NCBI GenBank assembly: GCA_965367815.1 | Contig: CBDUKN010000008.1 | Location: 1-64,000, forward strand | Length of the DNA stretch: 64,000 bases | Direction of reading: 5' to 3' | From: an uncultured Thermoprotei archaeon | Lineage (GTDB): Archaea; Thermoproteota; Thermoprotei; Thermofilales; B15-G2 | Shown here: piece after piece, positions 61,789 through 64,000 of the stretch | Position numbering within the stretch: the first letter of the stretch is position 1 | How the letters are laid out: each line of letters begins with the position of its first letter | Position numbers and translations under genes: made by a program | The notes under the pieces: generated by a model | The model's database searches: none | What the model was told of the DNA's origin: nothing | The model's input: the letters and a program-made list of their open reading frames with translations, nothing else

Positions 61789-62232
61789 TTAGCTCGCTGT
61801 AATAACTTTGCCTCCAGCTGCTTTAACTTTCTCTATAGCTTTCTCTGACGCCATTCTAACAGATATTACCACAGGTTTGGATATTTTTCCTCCCCCTAGA
61901 AGCTTGTTGTATCCTAATTTTCCTAGGTCTACATAGTACTTGTTTTCTTTCATTTCAGCCAACCCCTTTTCCATGAGTGCATCTAGCATAGAGTCTAAGT
62001 CCTTGAGATTTATTGCCTTAACTTGAGGTTTTATAGCAGGAGGCTGAGTAAATCCATGTTTACCATACCAGTCTGGCGCATATTTGATAACCCATGTCCA
62101 CATGTGTTTATGATATCCTGCGTGTCCTCTTCCTCCTCTGCTTCCACTTTTTCTGTGCTGACCTACTCTCCCCCAACCATGAGTTCTCCATCCTCTGAGA
62201 CTTCTAGATTTTTTCTCCCTTCTGACTACCAT
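61789..62232 (-). CDS. rpl15: 50S ribosomal protein L15 (uL15)
   Basis: RTHGWGRVGQHRKSGSRGGRG. Confidence 0.97.
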   Translation of the reverse strand: MVVRREKKSRSLRGWRTHGWGRVGQHRKSGSRGGRGHAGYHKHMWTWVIKYAPDWYGKHGFTQPPAIKPQVKAINLKDLDSMLDALMEKGLAEMKENKYYVDLGKLGYNKLLGGGKISKPVVISVRMASEKAIEKVKAAGGKVITAS

Positions 62233-62400
62233 TAAATCACCACTAGATTAGGTCTGAAAGTAAGGCTTCATCGGTGCTATATAGCTTTTTCGTAATGTTC
62301 ACCTTCAGCAGTCAACCTATTTCTCTAAGACATAGCGGAAAATTTATAAAGCTTAACCATAATGTGCCTTAGCTGAGAGTATTTAAGGAAAGGTGGTATT

Positions 62401-63039
62401 ATGAGTGTACTAGACACATGGGTACCTAAAACAAGAGTAGGGAGACTGGTAAAGGAAGGAAAAATAACTTCAATAGACGAGATATTCGAGAGAAACTGGC
62501 CCATTAAAGAGGTCGAGATAGTTGATATACTCTTACCAGACCTTAAACATGAAGTACTCAACATAAACTTGGTGCAGCGCCAGACGGATAGCCCGCTTTA
62601 AGCGGGCCCGTAAGCTGGCGAAATAAGTAGATTTCAGGCAGTTGTAGCTGTCGGAAACGAGGATGGTTACGTAGGAGTGGGTGTAGGCAAAGCTAAACAA
62701 GTAAGACAGGCAATTGAAAAAGCTATCATAGATGCTAAATTAAACATCATTCCTGTAAGAAGAGGATGCGGAAGCTGGGAATGCTTATGCAATACTCCTC
62801 ACAGCGTGCCCTTTAAAGTCAAAGGAAAATGCGGAAGCGTTGAAATAATTCTAATTCCAGCACCCAAAGGCGTTGGTTTGGTGGCAGGCGAGACTGCAAA
62901 AACAGTACTGCGATTAGCTGGAATTAAGGATGTTTGGACACGAACTCGAGGCGAAACGAGAACAACTATTAACTTCGCTAAAGCCACATACGAAGCCTTA
63001 AAGAAGACATATGCTATAAAGACCCCAGATAGGTGGTAA
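62401..63039 (+). CDS. rps5: 30S ribosomal protein S5 (uS5), two exons 62401-62589 and 62614-63039, 204 aa after splicing
   Basis: Joining the exons gives ...INLVQRQTD|[23 protein letters not shown]..., the conserved archaeal S5 sequence. Confidence 0.93.
62590..62613 (+). other. 24-nt BHB-type intron in rps5
   Basis: CGCCAG/CTGGCG exon helix, ACGG/CCGT central 4-bp helix, bulges ATA and AAG, intron hairpin GCCCGCT-TTA-AGCGGGC; contains two in-frame TAA. Confidence 0.88.
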
Positions 63040-63042
63040 ACT

Positions 63043-63513
63043 TTGGGTAAAAGACTAGCTGTTATACGTATAAGGGGAACAGTAGGTGTAAGAAAAGACA
63101 TAGAGTATACACTAAGGTTACTTAGGCTAGTAAGAAAATTTCACGCAGTAGTAATCGACGATAGACCGGACTACCTTGGTATGCTACAGAAGGTAAAAGA
63201 CTATGTTACATGGGGAGAAATAGATGCAGAAACACTAGCCGAACTTTTAAGAAAAAGAGGTCGTCTCGTAGGAAATAGAAGACCTACAGACGAAGATGTC
63301 AAAAAGTTAGGATATAGCAGTATAGAAGAGTTTGCCGAAGCAGTAATAGAGTTTAAAGCAGAACTGAGCGACATACCTGGACTAAAACCTGTATTTAGGC
63401 TACATCCTCCTAAAGGAGGATTTAAGGGAACAATAAAGAGAATGTACGGCGACGGTGGAGAAACAGGGTATAGAGGCAAAGATATTAACGAGCTACTACG
63501 AAGAATGATTTAA
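63043..63513 (+). CDS. rpl30: 50S ribosomal protein L30 (uL30)
   Basis: [20 protein letters not shown]. Confidence 0.97.
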   Translation: MGKRLAVIRIRGTVGVRKDIEYTLRLLRLVRKFHAVVIDDRPDYLGMLQKVKDYVTWGEIDAETLAELLRKRGRLVGNRRPTDEDVKKLGYSSIEEFAEAVIEFKAELSDIPGLKPVFRLHPPKGGFKGTIKRMYGDGGETGYRGKDINELLRRMI

Positions 63514-64000
63514 GAGCTCTTCTTGCTTAATAAACTTTCGTATTTTGAAACAATTTTACTTTTAACCTCTGTAAAGTGACTCACTATATTTTCTGGCCGT
63601 AGTCCTCTTTTCAGATACTGAGAAAACTGTCTTTCATATAAGCTAAGATCTTTCTCCAGCAAGTATTTCGCGTAATCTTCTATGTGTTTCCCTGATATTC
63701 TATCTTCCGATGGAAGTACTTCAGGAGAACATGGAACTTTAAGTCCGGCATCGAGAGCTCCCTTTATTACAGCAAATACTTTAGACCCCTTTGTCGGTCT
63801 ATGTAATCCTATATCGGGTATAGCTTCTTCTATTCCTTTAAGTCTAGCCTTATATCCTATTATCAACCCCGTTAAGTATGCTGCAGCAGTATTTGAGCAG
63901 TCGCCTAGCCAGCCATATTTTTTAGCTAGTACTTTGGAAGATATACCTACTATTGTCTCATCTCCTTCTGGTTTCGCTTTAACTATTTGTGCTATAATGT
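63510..64000 (-). CDS. rpl18: 50S ribosomal protein L18 (5' end outside the window)
   Basis: Frame is open to the window edge: IIAQIV...NTAAAYLTG...DIGLH...KGALDAGL. Confidence 0.95.
   Translation of the reverse strand, partial: IIAQIVKAKPEGDETIVGISSKVLAKKYGWLGDCSNTAAAYLTGLIIGYKARLKGIEEAIPDIGLHRPTKGSKVFAVIKGALDAGLKVPCSPEVLPSEDRISGKHIEDYAKYLLEKDLSLYERQFSQYLKRGLRPENIVSHFTEVKSKIVSKYESLLSKKSS

Noticed and set aside
33179-62232. Additional BHB introns in other core genes, and the many short antisense ORFs
   Set aside because: The other core genes translate uninterrupted at expected lengths and the antisense ORFs are shadows; a stop-free in-frame intron cannot be fully excluded without alignments
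62401-63039. rps5 as a pseudogene, two separate genes, or stop-codon readthrough
   Set aside because: uS5 is essential, both halves are otherwise intact, and the insert has exact BHB geometry; readthrough would need two TAA codons and would add 8 residues inside a conserved motif

Overview
Archaeal chromosome segment. The gene content and ribosomal proteins point to Thermoproteota, probably Thermofilum-like (inference). Bases 1-33 kb are an accessory and defence region: a membrane-anchored Mrr-family nuclease, a type I-A-like CRISPR-Cas locus (csa5/cas11-cas7-cas5-cas8-fused cas3, an 8-repeat array, csa3, csa1-cas1-cas2-cas4, no cas6 in view), several decayed genes, ABC transporters, a C/D box sRNA, an archaeal ATPase and a solo TnpB flanked on both sides by related structured RNA-like modules. 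Bases 33-64 kb are core information-processing genes (KEOPS, RNA polymerase E', exosome and proteasome cluster, EF-2, S10/spc ribosomal protein genes, secY). The strongest signal is in the essential ribosomal protein uS5 gene: it is interrupted by a 24-nt insert (62590-62613) with two in-frame stops. The insert forms a perfect bulge-helix-bulge (BHB) splicing motif, and its removal restores the conserved QTD|AGE motif, so it is a candidate spliced mRNA intron in a ribosomal protein gene. The uS5-uL30 pair is also inverted within the spc cluster.
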